From a virus (lineage: Duplodnaviria > Caudoviricetes): a stretch of 54,415 bases of DNA. The position numbers and the translations under genes are program-made. The notes below the pieces were generated by a model that had not been told where the DNA came from, searched no databases, and saw only the letters and a list, made by a program, of their open reading frames with translations. Below, piece after piece: positions 24,604 through 34,006 of this stretch; position 1 is the first letter of the stretch; every line of letters begins with the position of its first letter. The stretch is taken from IMG/VR virus record IMGVR_UViG_3300037153_000425, positions 1-54,415 of that record. The stretch is one strand, 5' to 3'.

Positions 24604-25280
24604 CCCCCGCCCTCCGGCCCCGGCAAGAGCCCCGCCACGCCCGCAAAGCGCTCGGGCCACTCGCCCCGCGCCGAGAACGCCTCCAGCTCCGCATCCGAGA
24701 GCTGCTCGAGCACATGCAGGTGGAGATGCGCCGTCCGCGCCACCTTGTCCCCGCTCGTCGTGAGCACCAGGTCGGCGGCCCGAATCGCGTCCGCATCGCG
24801 CTTGGCCCGCCCGACCCGCGTGCCGGTGGCTTTGTCCTTCCGCCCGCCCGCGAGCTCCGCCACGTGCTCCATCACCGCCGGCGCCGCCGCCTTCGCCTGC
24901 GCCGCCACCCCGAACTCGCCCCGCATGACCCGCTCGAGCTGCGCATCGCGCACCAAGGCGATGATCCGTTGCACGGCGGGATGCTTGAGGGCGTTGCGCG
25001 CCGCCTCGGTCGTCGTGTAGCCGATCGCCCGCGCAATCGCGTCGGCGTTGTAGCCGCCCAAGTACAGCATGGCGACCGACCAGAGCCGCGCCTTGGTCGA
25101 GCGCCGCAGTTCCTCGAGGCTCATGGAGCTACACGCCTCGAGCCACGCCTTGGCGTTGGCGAGCCGCTCGGCCCGCGTCCGCTTCCACGACGCCTGCATG
25201 GCGGCGACCCGCTCGGCCAAGACCTCGGGCGGCGCCCCGAGATGCGCTTGCGTCCCCGGCCCCGTCCGCCCGCCGCTCAT
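24600..25280 (-). CDS. terS: Terminase small subunit-like HTH protein
   Basis: G.NA..IARAIGY...A...LKHP.V HTH; LSDAELE C-terminus; upstream of the ATPase. Confidence 0.65.
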   Translation of the reverse strand: MSGGRTGPGTQAHLGAPPEVLAERVAAMQASWKRTRAERLANAKAWLEACSSMSLEELRRSTKARLWSVAMLYLGGYNADAIARAIGYTTTEAARNALKHPAVQRIIALVRDAQLERVMRGEFGVAAQAKAAAPAVMEHVAELAGGRKDKATGTRVGRAKRDADAIRAADLVLTTSGDKVARTAHLHLHVLEQLSDAELEAFSARGEWPERFAGVAGLLPGPEGGG

Positions 25281-25732
25281 GCGACCCGCTCCCAGCGGAG
25301 CTTCTCTTGCCAGGGCTCGTAGTCGACCCGGGGCCGCGCGGGCCGCGACCACGACGCCCGCGGCACGGTCCCCGCCACCACGAACCCCGCCGCCCGCAGG
25401 CTCGCGCCCGACTCGTCCGGCCGCGTGTAGGTGACGACCTGGCGATACCCGAGCGCCCGCCCCAACTGCCGCGCCGCCCCGTAGAGGAAGCTGCACGCAT
25501 TGCGCGTCCCGTCCGTGGCGACGCGCGTGATCTCGACCGTCGGCACGGCCCGCGCCTGCAGGCCCGCCGCCACCGGCCGCCCGACAATCGCCACCCCGAC
25601 GATGCGCGCGCCCAGCGTCGCCGCGATCGCGGCCTTCGCGCCGCGCACCGGGCGGCTGTGGCGGTGCCAGCGCTCGACGAACGCCTGCGCCTGCCGCAGC
25701 GTGATCGGCGCCAGCGCCAGCCGCTCGCTCAT
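25277..25732 (-). CDS. XF1762-like / Mom-related GNAT-fold protein
   Basis: FV.RWHRH, VGVAIVGRPV, E.TR..TDG..NACS.LYGA, TYT...ESGASL.A.G. Confidence 0.75.
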   Translation of the reverse strand: MSERLALAPITLRQAQAFVERWHRHSRPVRGAKAAIAATLGARIVGVAIVGRPVAAGLQARAVPTVEITRVATDGTRNACSFLYGAARQLGRALGYRQVVTYTRPDESGASLRAAGFVVAGTVPRASWSRPARPRVDYEPWQEKLRWERVA

Positions 25733-26694
25733 GCGCCCGCCCCGATAGCATACCGCCCCCCGCCCGCCTAGCCACCCGGCCCCGTCCGCAGGGTGGTGCC
25801 TGCGAGATGGGCACCGCCGGTCGGCCGTCGCCCCGGCCGTGCCCGGGCCCCGGCGTCGGGGACGGCTCGCGCTCGCGCGCTCCCGGCCCGGCCAGGCGCG
25901 GGTTGCCGCATCCTGGCCAGCCAGCGAGCTAGCAGGCCAGCCAGCAGGCTAGCCTGACAGTGGGGCTGCTGACCCCCCGCCAGGGGGGTGCGAGCGAGCG
26001 GAGCGAGCGGCTGGTCCGATCCCGGGCCCCCACCGCGGCGCGGATTGGGTAGCAAGGTGCGGATCTGGCGTGCTATCACCGGGGGCGGGGTGGGGCCAGC
26101 ACGGCCCGCGCGCGTCCGCGCGAGGGGAATCCCCCCCTGACCCCCCCCTTACGGGCTGGGGTCGGCGGTGCCTGACGGACGGCCGCCGGGTTGGCGCGAG
26201 CCGCTCCCGGGAGCTGCCAGGCTCCCTGCCGGCCGCGGGGCGGGCAGGGACCAGACGGGCGGGTCCACTCCCCACCGCCACAGGCTCCTCGAGGCGTCGG
26301 ATGTGGTCGGCCCGGCGCTCTTAGCCCATCGCCCTACCGCGGTTCGTTACGCGGGATGCAGGGCGGTATTCTCCCGGCCGGGCGACATGTCAAGACCCGC
26401 GGCCGGGGAGGGTCAGCGTCATCCAGCGGGGCAGCGCGGGGCAGAGGGCGCTGGGGGAATGGGTGCGGTGGCGGTCCCGGCAGAGGCAGCGGCGGTGCAT
26501 GCTGCGGTAGAAGGTGGGATCATCGGCGCGTGAGGCATAGCGCCGCGGGGGGGCGTGGTCGCTGGCGGTGTCCTCGAGGGGGATGCCGAGACGGCCGCGG
26601 TCGCGGGCGCGTAGCGCTTCATGGCTCCGTCTGCCCATGGGCCCGGGCTTGTAGCCGACGCGGGGCCCGGTGCCAATCCCGTGTGGCACGGGAC

Positions 26695-26724
26695 TTGACG
26701 GGCCGGGGGGTGGAATGGCACACG
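26695..26724 (+). promoter_or_regulatory. Late-promoter motif TTGACG-N18-CACACG
   Basis: Same spacing at 29910 and 34235. Confidence 0.6.
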
Positions 26725-26743
26725 CCCCGCCCCGTCGAGACGC

Positions 26744-27013
26744 ATGGCGAGGCCCCCCGAGCCGGTCGATCACGATTGCACCGCCCCCGGTGTGTCCCTC
26801 GGGGTCGGCCGGCTCTCCCCCCCCGCGCGGCTGCTCACCCGGGTGCTCGGGCTGCTCGAGCGGCTCGATGCCCGGGAGGTGACGGCGGCGGAGCTGCCCG
26901 GCGCCGTGGCCCTGGCCGAGGCCGTCCTCGCCGAGGTGGCGACCTTGCGGACGCGGCTCGCGCGCCGGCTGGCCCCCGAGGTCTGGCCGGTGCCACCGGT
27001 GGGGCGCCCATGA
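26744..27013 (+). CDS. Hypothetical protein, first late gene
   Basis: Follows the promoter motif; ATGA-coupled to the next gene. Confidence 0.5.
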   Translation: MARPPEPVDHDCTAPGVSLGVGRLSPPARLLTRVLGLLERLDAREVTAAELPGAVALAEAVLAEVATLRTRLARRLAPEVWPVPPVGRP

Positions 27014-27342
27014 GCGCGCCGGGTGGGCCGGGGCCGGCGCCCGGCGGTCCGCCGCTGCCGGGGTGGCTCGGGCCGATCGTCACCGTGACGACGCAGGTCG
27101 GCGTGCCGACCGTCTTTGCGGGCGTGCTCCTCTGGTTCGTCCTCTTGAAGGTCGGCGGCGCCATGGAGGCGATGCAGAAGGGCGAGGAGGACCGCACGCG
27201 CGTCATGGCCGCCATGCAGGACACGCTGATTGCGGCGCTCGACCGGCTCGGGGCGCGCTTCGAGAAGGCGGTGGACGAGAATATCCGCGTCAACCGCGAG
27301 CTGGCGAGCCATTACGCGTCGCCGCCGGCGCCGAGCCGATGA
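27010..27342 (+). CDS. Holin-like TM plus coiled-coil protein 1
   Basis: TQVGVPTVFAGVLLWFVL helix upstream of the endolysin. Confidence 0.6.
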   Translation: MSAPGGPGPAPGGPPLPGWLGPIVTVTTQVGVPTVFAGVLLWFVLLKVGGAMEAMQKGEEDRTRVMAAMQDTLIAALDRLGARFEKAVDENIRVNRELASHYASPPAPSR

Positions 27343-27695
27343 CCGCGCCCGGTGCGGCGCCGCCGGGGGGCCCGCCGCTCCCCGGATGGCTCGGCCCGCT
27401 GGTCGCGATCGTCACGCAAGTGGGCGTGCCGACCGTGGTGGCGGGCGTGTTGCTCTATTTCGTGCTCTTTCGGATCGACACGTCGATGAAATACATCCAG
27501 CAGCAAGAAGATGCGCGGACGCAGTTGGTCATGCAGATGCAACAGCAGCTGGTTGAGACCTTGGATCAGCAAACCGACCGCTTCGAATCCGCGATCGAGA
27601 AGAATATCGCGGCCATCGACCGCAATGTGGCCATCAACAAGGACCAGACGGACCGGCTCGAGCGCGCGCTCGGCCTCCATCGAGGCTCGCCATGA
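27339..27695 (+). CDS. Holin-like TM plus coiled-coil protein 2 (paralogue)
   Basis: Near-identical N-terminus to 27010. Confidence 0.6.
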   Translation: MTAPGAAPPGGPPLPGWLGPLVAIVTQVGVPTVVAGVLLYFVLFRIDTSMKYIQQQEDARTQLVMQMQQQLVETLDQQTDRFESAIEKNIAAIDRNVAINKDQTDRLERALGLHRGSP

Positions 27696-28282
27696 TTCAG
27701 CGCAAATATTTTTTCGATAGCGTCCGCGGCTCGTTGTTTGCGGGCTCGTTGGCGCAATCGCAGGTCGATGGGTTGACCGCGCTCTTGGATTACGCCGAGG
27801 CGCACGGGGTCGACGACCGTCACCTGGCCTACGTGCTCGCGACCGCGTATCACGAGACGGCGCAGACCATGCAACCGATTGCCGAGTACGGGAAAGGGAA
27901 GGGCAAACCCTACGGCGTGCCCGATCCGCAGACGGGACAGACATATTACGGCCGCGGCTACGTGCAATTGACGTGGAAAGACAATTACCAGAAACAAGAT
28001 ACGAAATTGGGCCTCAAAGGCACGCTCGTCGCCAACGCCGACCTGGCATTGGAGCCCGAGACCGCCAAGCGGATCCTCTTTGCCGGGATGTATGACGGCG
28101 ACTTCACCGGCGTCGGGTTGCCGAAGTACATTCCGTGCGCGAATCCCGAGACGGATGCGACCGATTTCTACAACGCTCGGAAGATCGTGAACGGATTGGA
28201 CTGCGCGACGCAGATTCAAGGCTACGCGACCAAGTTTGCCAACGCCATTGCGCACGCCGCGCGCCCCACGGTCGCGGCGTGA
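27692..28282 (+). CDS. GH19-family endolysin
   Basis: AYVLATAYHET, YYGRGYVQLTW..NY, ARKIVNG. Confidence 0.88.
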   Translation: MIQRKYFFDSVRGSLFAGSLAQSQVDGLTALLDYAEAHGVDDRHLAYVLATAYHETAQTMQPIAEYGKGKGKPYGVPDPQTGQTYYGRGYVQLTWKDNYQKQDTKLGLKGTLVANADLALEPETAKRILFAGMYDGDFTGVGLPKYIPCANPETDATDFYNARKIVNGLDCATQIQGYATKFANAIAHAARPTVAA

Positions 28283-28293
28283 GAGGAGCGACC

Positions 28294-28410
28294 ATGCCCA
28301 AGCGCCCCGAGGACGAGGGCCCGCCGCCCGCCGACGACGACGCCGTCAAGGACTTGGAGGACCCCGAGCCCGAGCCGCCCGAGGAGGACCCGGAGGACGC
28401 CGGCGCGTAG
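28294..28410 (+). CDS. Small acidic peptide
   Basis: GAGGAG RBS; D/E/P-rich 38 aa. Confidence 0.45.
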   Translation: MPKRPEDEGPPPADDDAVKDLEDPEPEPPEEDPEDAGA

Positions 28411-28413
28411 TCG

Positions 28414-28920
28414 ATGGCGTGGTACTACCCGGAGACGCGGCCGCAACGCCGGCCGCTGACGACGCCGATCCGGTCGGGGGGCAACGGCGGCGGCACGGTC
28501 GGGCCCCCGGGGCCGCAGGGGCCGCAAGGGCCCCCGGGTGATCCGGGCCCCACGGGCCCCGCCGGCCCGACCGGCGCCACCGGATCGACCGGGCCCCAAG
28601 GCCCCAAGGGCGACCCCGGGGCGACCGGCGCGACCGGCCCGACGGGCCCCGGCGTCGCCGCGGGCGGCACGACCGGGCAAGTGCTCGCCAAGACGAGTGC
28701 CGCGGACTACGCGACCGCGTGGACGACGCTCGGGGGCGGGGCGCCGAGCGGCCCCGCTGGCGGCTCGCTCGCGGGCACGTATCCGAACCCGACGCTGGCG
28801 CCGAGTGGCGCGACGGCGGGCACCGCTGGCGACCAGTACCACGTTGCTCAAGTCACCGTGAATGCCGAGGGCCGCGTGACCACGGTCGTGCAAGTGCTGA
28901 TTCGCGCCCGCTGGGGCTAA
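28414..28920 (+). CDS. Collagen-like (Gly-X-Y) protein
   Basis: [10 protein letters not shown]... repeats, [30 protein letters not shown]. Confidence 0.8.
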   Translation: MAWYYPETRPQRRPLTTPIRSGGNGGGTVGPPGPQGPQGPPGDPGPTGPAGPTGATGSTGPQGPKGDPGATGATGPTGPGVAAGGTTGQVLAKTSAADYATAWTTLGGGAPSGPAGGSLAGTYPNPTLAPSGATAGTAGDQYHVAQVTVNAEGRVTTVVQVLIRARWG

Positions 28921-28921
28921 G

Positions 28922-29791
28922 ATGCCGTTTCTCGGCGCGCGCGGCGCGGCGCCCGATCCGCGCGGCGCCGCCGCGCAGCCCATTCCGGGTGTGACCGAGT
29001 GGCGGTGTCCGCGGAATGGCGTCCACGTCGTCGAAGTCCACTACACCGCCGACCCCGCGAAGCGCGATCCCGCGTGGAAGCGGGAAGCGATGCGCGGCAT
29101 GCCGCCGCGCGGCTGGCAACGCGAGTTCGAGATTGCCTTCGACTTGGCCGCGGGCGAGCCGGTGTTGCCGGAATACGTGCCCGCGGAGATGCGCCGCCCG
29201 TTTCCCGTCAGCGCCGGCGCGCGGCTCTTGCGCGGCTGGGATTTCGGGCAGGTGTGTCCCGTGACGCTCTTTGCGCAGCTCGACGTCTACGGGCGCCTCG
29301 GGTTTGTCGCGGAGCTCGTCCTCGAGCATGCGAATCTGACGACGCAGATCGAGGCGACGAAGGCCATGACGCTCGAGCTCGTCGGCGCCAGTGCCAATTG
29401 CTTCGACGCGGGCGATCCCGAGGCGTTGCATGAGATGGAGCTTGGGTCGATTCGCGCCGCGCTCTTGAAGCACGGAATCATTCTCCAGACCTTCGGCGGC
29501 CGCGGCGACGCGTCCTATAACAACTTGCGCGACCGGCTCTTGCGGCGTGTGCGGATTCCCGGCGAGGAGCTCCCGTCGCCGGCGTTGATCGTCGATCCGC
29601 GCTGCCCGATTCTCCACAGCGCGTTCTCGGGCGGCTTCGCGCGGCACGGGAAAACGGGCAAGCCGATGCCGACGCATCCGTACAAGGACGTCGTCGATGC
29701 CGCGCGCTACTTGAACGACAACCTGCAAGGGTCGGCGTCCGACTGGATGCTCAAGCTTCAGGCGATCGCGCGGGCCGACTGCGCATGGTGA
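28922..29791 (+). CDS. terL: Terminase large subunit, lid plus RNase H-like nuclease domain only (289 aa)
   Basis: HYTADP...W.REFEI.F...G.PV, RGWDFG, GDP, DVVDAARY; directly upstream of portal. Confidence 0.85.
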   Translation: MPFLGARGAAPDPRGAAAQPIPGVTEWRCPRNGVHVVEVHYTADPAKRDPAWKREAMRGMPPRGWQREFEIAFDLAAGEPVLPEYVPAEMRRPFPVSAGARLLRGWDFGQVCPVTLFAQLDVYGRLGFVAELVLEHANLTTQIEATKAMTLELVGASANCFDAGDPEALHEMELGSIRAALLKHGIILQTFGGRGDASYNNLRDRLLRRVRIPGEELPSPALIVDPRCPILHSAFSGGFARHGKTGKPMPTHPYKDVVDAARYLNDNLQGSASDWMLKLQAIARADCAW

Positions 29792-29909
29792 GATATTGGC
29801 ATTGCCGACACTGCGGGCAAGGTGACCACCAGGTCACCAACCCGCTCCTCCTCGGCCCATTCGACGCGGGATGCATCTGTCTCCGCTGCCTCCTCGGTAA
29901 GGTCGCACG

Positions 29910-29939
29910 TTGACGAGCCGGGGGGGTGCCCGCTACACG
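29910..29939 (+). promoter_or_regulatory. Late-promoter motif TTGACG-N18-TACACG
   Basis: Directly upstream of the portal ATG. Confidence 0.6.
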
Positions 29940-29961
29940 GGCCCGCCCGAGACCCTCGGGC

Positions 29962-32475
29962 ATGGCACGGCGAGCCGCCGGCGGCGCTGCAGCCGCCACG
30001 TTGGGCCCCGGGCGGGGCGCCCCGCCGAGCAATCTGGCGCTCGACCCGGAGATTGCCGCCCGCGTCAAGAACGAGCTGATCCCGCTCGTCCGCCGCACCC
30101 GCCAGGAGCGCAACGGCGTGCTCCGCGAGCGCTGGCTCCGCTACTACCGCATCTGGAGCGTCCGGCACGATCAGCAGGGCTATCGCGGCCGCACCAACAC
30201 GTACTTTCCGCTCGGGCGGCGCTGGATCGAGCAGTGGGTCACTCGGCTCAAGCGCGACCTCTTCCCCGATCAGGACTGGTTTGCGTGCCGCGCCTTGCGG
30301 GAGGATTTCGAGGCCCGCGTGCCCGCCAAGGTGGCGCTCCAGAAGTACTGGATGCGCCGCCACATGCGGCTCCGCACGCACGCGCTCCCCTGGCTCCGCC
30401 AGCTCGTCACCTACGGCACGTCGCCCGTCCGCAACGTGTGGCGCTGCGTCGAGCACGAGCAAACGGTGCTGCGCGACGTCCTCGACGACGACGGCACGCC
30501 GTCCGGCCGCACGGTCGACCAGGTCGAAAAGGTGGCCGATTTCTTGGGGCCCACGTTCGAGCCGGTCGACCTCTTTGCGTTCTACGTCTGGCCGCCGACC
30601 GCGGCGGGCCTGGCCGACGCGACGCTGGCCTTCGAGGACCGCTGCGTGCCGCGGAGCCGCGTCTATGCGCTCGCCGACCGCCCGCTGGATCCGTCCCATC
30701 CCGATGCCGGCAACGTGTACGAGGGCGTCGGCGGCTTGGTCGACCTCTACGATACGGCGATTGCGAATCGCACCGGCGGCGGCACGCGCAACCCCGAGAA
30801 ATACGACGCGCTCGCGCAACGGCTCGCCGACAAGGGCTTCACGGCGCCGCTCGATGCGAACGTGCCCGCCGCGCTCCGCCCGCTCGATCTGACCGAATGC
30901 ATGTGGACGGTCGATCTCGAGGACGACGATCCGGCGCCGTATCTCGTGACCCTCGGCGCCGACGAGATTCCGCTCCGTGTGCAGCGCCGCCCCTTTTTCC
31001 ATGGCGGCTCGCAATGGCTCGTCGGCCGCTTCGTCCAGGTCGCCGAGGAATTCTACGGCCGCGGGCTCTGCGAGCTCTTTGATTACATGCAGTACTTCGT
31101 CAACGACCTCGGCAACCAATCGGGTGACGCGTTCATCTGGTCGACCAACCCGATTGCGGTCGTCGATATCGGCGCCGTCCAGGATCCGACGTCGCTCCGC
31201 ATGGCGCCCGGCGCCAAGTGGCTCGCGAATCCCGCCGGCGTGCAATTCACGACGCCGCCGCAAGGCGCCGCGCAAGCGGGCTTCGAGGCCGTCTCGAATT
31301 ACGTCGGGCTCGCCGATACCTTGGTGGCGCCGACGCCGGCGCGCCCGATGGCGCCGCAGCAGCAAGGGCCGCAAGACGCCGCCGGCTTGGCGGCGCAGCT
31401 TGCGGACTCCGCCGTCGACCTCCGCGCCATCGTCGAGAATCTCGAGGACGATGTCATGGTGCCGCTGCTCGAGCGCAGCGACATTCTGACCCAGCAGTGT
31501 CTCGACCGCGACATCATCCTGAAAGTCGCCGGGGCCGACGGCCTGGAGCTCGTCGAGCATCCGATCACGGTCGCCGATCTGGTCGGCGAGTACGAATGGG
31601 AATGGCTCGGGACGACCAACGCGCTGAACCAGCAAGTGCGCGCGCAGCAGATGGTGCAGGGCATCGCGCTCCTGACGCAGGTGCCGCAGGACCAGCTCGG
31701 CGCGCAGGGCGTCACGATTGATTGGCCCTACGTGCTCCGCACCTTCTGGTCGGTCGGCCTCGGGCTCCCCGACGCCGAGCGCGTCATCAAGACGGCGAAG
31801 CTCGAGCCGTCGGACTGGCGGTGGGAGAACGCGCTGGCGCGTGTGAATCGCGCCGAGGAGCTCCGCGTGTCGCCGCAAGACGATCACACGGCACATATCC
31901 AGGGGCACCAATCCCTGCTCGAGAGCGACAGTCTGACCGAGGACGCCCGGACGGGGCTCCAGGCGCACGTCCACCAACACATCGGGCTCGCCATTGCCGC
32001 CGAGGCGCAAGCGTTGTCGCAGGCCATGGCACAGCTCGCCGGCCCCGCCGGTCTGCCCGGGCCGCCCGGGCCTCCGCCGGGAGCGCCTCCTGGCCTGCCA
32101 CCGGGCCCTCTCCCCATGCCCGGCGGTGGGCCCCCTCCGCCGCCGGGGGCGCTCCCGCCGGGTGCTCCGCCCGGCGGCCCGCCCGGGCCGCCCCCGATGC
32201 TACCGCCGGGACCGCCGCCTGGCGCGCCCCCGATGGTCCCACCGCGCTTTGTGCCGGGCGTGCCCGGGGCCGGCGTCAACGCGCTCGCCCGGTTGCTCGG
32301 GCCGCCGACCGGGCCCCGAGGCGGCGGGCCGGCGCGGCCGCATAGCGACGCCCGGAACCGCGCCAAGGCAGTGCTGGGCATCCGGCCACCGGCGCCGCTC
32401 GGGCAAGGCCGCGTCGGCAAGACGCGCGGCATGGCCGATTTGTTCCGGGGCCTCCCGCGGCTCCCGACGGTCTGA
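29962..32475 (+). CDS. Portal protein (podovirus type) with Pro-rich tail
   Basis: W...Y, LFP..DWF, YGT, FYGRG, PGA.W motifs; follows the terminase nuclease. Confidence 0.85.
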   Translation: MARRAAGGAAAATLGPGRGAPPSNLALDPEIAARVKNELIPLVRRTRQERNGVLRERWLRYYRIWSVRHDQQGYRGRTNTYFPLGRRWIEQWVTRLKRDLFPDQDWFACRALREDFEARVPAKVALQKYWMRRHMRLRTHALPWLRQLVTYGTSPVRNVWRCVEHEQTVLRDVLDDDGTPSGRTVDQVEKVADFLGPTFEPVDLFAFYVWPPTAAGLADATLAFEDRCVPRSRVYALADRPLDPSHPDAGNVYEGVGGLVDLYDTAIANRTGGGTRNPEKYDALAQRLADKGFTAPLDANVPAALRPLDLTECMWTVDLEDDDPAPYLVTLGADEIPLRVQRRPFFHGGSQWLVGRFVQVAEEFYGRGLCELFDYMQYFVNDLGNQSGDAFIWSTNPIAVVDIGAVQDPTSLRMAPGAKWLANPAGVQFTTPPQGAAQAGFEAVSNYVGLADTLVAPTPARPMAPQQQGPQDAAGLAAQLADSAVDLRAIVENLEDDVMVPLLERSDILTQQCLDRDIILKVAGADGLELVEHPITVADLVGEYEWEWLGTTNALNQQVRAQQMVQGIALLTQVPQDQLGAQGVTIDWPYVLRTFWSVGLGLPDAERVIKTAKLEPSDWRWENALARVNRAEELRVSPQDDHTAHIQGHQSLLESDSLTEDARTGLQAHVHQHIGLAIAAEAQALSQAMAQLAGPAGLPGPPGPPPGAPPGLPPGPLPMPGGGPPPPPGALPPGAPPGGPPGPPPMLPPGPPPGAPPMVPPRFVPGVPGAGVNALARLLGPPTGPRGGGPARPHSDARNRAKAVLGIRPPAPLGQGRVGKTRGMADLFRGLPRLPTV

Positions 32476-32485
32476 GGAGACACGC

Positions 32486-33061
32486 ATGGCGAAAAAAGGC
32501 ACGCTCTTTGGGAAACCGCGCGAGGAGGTCGTGACGCGCCCGGGGGCGTTCACGGCCAAGGCGAAAGCCGCCGGCAAGTCGACGGGGGCGTATGCGCGCC
32601 AGGTGCTCAAAGAGGGCTCGAAAGCCTCGACGCAGACGAAGCGGCAAGCGAATCTCGCCAAGACGTTCGCCAAGCTCCGCGCCGGCAAGGCGAAATTTCT
32701 GGTTCCGCTCGTGCTGCTTGCCGCGACGCCGCTCCACGCGGCGACGGTGTCCTGCGCGTCCGGCACCTTGACGCCGACCGCGCTCACGGCAACCGGGCCG
32801 TCGGCCAACGTGCTCATCGCCCGCGCCGCGCCGGCGGTGGCCTTTCAAACCATCCGAACGGCGGGCGCCGCGACGGTCCAAATCGAAATCTCGTGCGACG
32901 GCACCAATTGGGCGCAAGTGCAAAACTCGCCCGTCTCGGTCGACGGCACGACGACGTCGGCCGCCGTCTCGGTCCTCTCGCCGACGTGTACCTATCGCGC
33001 CAACGCGACCGCCTGCGTCGCGTGCAACGTGACCGTCGTCTATGCGTGCTCGGGGCCGTAG
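32486..33061 (+). CDS. Basic N-domain fused to signal-peptide-like segment and Cys-rich beta domain
   Basis: RPGAFTAKAK...KRQANLAKTF, then FLVPLVLLAATPLHA, then 6 Cys; GAGGAG RBS. Confidence 0.65.
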   Translation: MAKKGTLFGKPREEVVTRPGAFTAKAKAAGKSTGAYARQVLKEGSKASTQTKRQANLAKTFAKLRAGKAKFLVPLVLLAATPLHAATVSCASGTLTPTALTATGPSANVLIARAAPAVAFQTIRTAGAATVQIEISCDGTNWAQVQNSPVSVDGTTTSAAVSVLSPTCTYRANATACVACNVTVVYACSGP

Positions 33062-33989
33062 CGTCGGGCTCGCGGCGGCGCTCGGTGCGGTCCTCGTGGC
33101 GGCGCTGGTCGGCGCGCAGCCCGCGCGGAGCCTCGGGCCGGCCGTGGCCGGCGTCGGGCCCGCCTCGGCGGGTGTCCCGGGCGGCACCGTCGTCACGACG
33201 ACCTCGGGGCCGACCACGACGGCGGGGCCGACCACCTCGACCGTCCCGACGACGACGCTCGCTCCGATCGCCATTCTCGCCTCGTGGATGCTCGACGAGG
33301 CATCCGGCACCCGCGTCAATGCGAAAGGCGATCCCACGATGGACCTCGCCGTCAACGGCTCCGTGACGCAGGACACCACCAACAAGATTCAGGGCGTGGC
33401 GGCGGCCAAGTTCATCGACAATAGCACCTACCTCTCGGTCACGGCGGCGGCGATTTCGAATCTCGTCTCGCCCCTGTCGGTCGGATGCTGGATCCGCCCG
33501 ACCGCGTCGCCCTCGCTCGGCTTCTTCCTCGGGCGCTGGGGCACGCATGGGTTCCTCCTCGACCAGGAGGGAACAAATGCGCGCTTCTATATCCGGGTGA
33601 GCAGTACCAACTACCAGACCTCCGGCGGCGCCTTCGGCGGCATCAACGCCTTTCACCATGTGGTCGGGACGTATGCGCACCCGAGCATGATCGTCTACAC
33701 CGATGGCCAAAATACCGGCACCGCCACGGCGGGGGCGGCGCTCCCGACCGAGTCGGTACAGTTCCAGCTCGGCACGTCCAATGCGGGCTTTCCCTACGCC
33801 GGCCAGCTCGACGAGTGCTTCATTGCCAGCGGCGCGCTCGCCCCGACGCAAGTCTGCCGGATCTGCTCGTGCGGGCTCGACGGCTCGCTCTGTACGTGTA
33901 GCGGCGCCTCCTACACGTCCTCGGGTCGCAATGCGTCCAATTGCGGGAGCTGCACGATGACGCCGTGCAACGCGCCGGGTTTCAGCTAA
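33042..33989 (+). CDS. LamG/concanavalin-like protein with signal peptide and Cys-rich tail
   Basis: W.LDE.SG, SV..WI.P, HHVVGTY, Y.DG, G.LDE; Thr-rich linker. Confidence 0.8.
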   Translation: MRARGRSVGLAAALGAVLVAALVGAQPARSLGPAVAGVGPASAGVPGGTVVTTTSGPTTTAGPTTSTVPTTTLAPIAILASWMLDEASGTRVNAKGDPTMDLAVNGSVTQDTTNKIQGVAAAKFIDNSTYLSVTAAAISNLVSPLSVGCWIRPTASPSLGFFLGRWGTHGFLLDQEGTNARFYIRVSSTNYQTSGGAFGGINAFHHVVGTYAHPSMIVYTDGQNTGTATAGAALPTESVQFQLGTSNAGFPYAGQLDECFIASGALAPTQVCRICSCGLDGSLCTCSGASYTSSGRNASNCGSCTMTPCNAPGFS

Positions 33990-34006
33990 CCGCGGAGGAG
34001 GGTCTC

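Noticed and set aside
23613-29791. Invertible segment or frameshift that would rejoin terL
   Set aside because: Halves are on opposite strands with their own starts and stops; I found no flanking inverted repeats or invertase by eye
29758-32010. Long antisense or alternate-frame ORFs (also 34851-36908, 33986-35758, 3609-5207, 52357-54231)
   Set aside because: Arg/Ala/Pro-rich shadows of real genes, expected in very GC-rich DNA; no motifs
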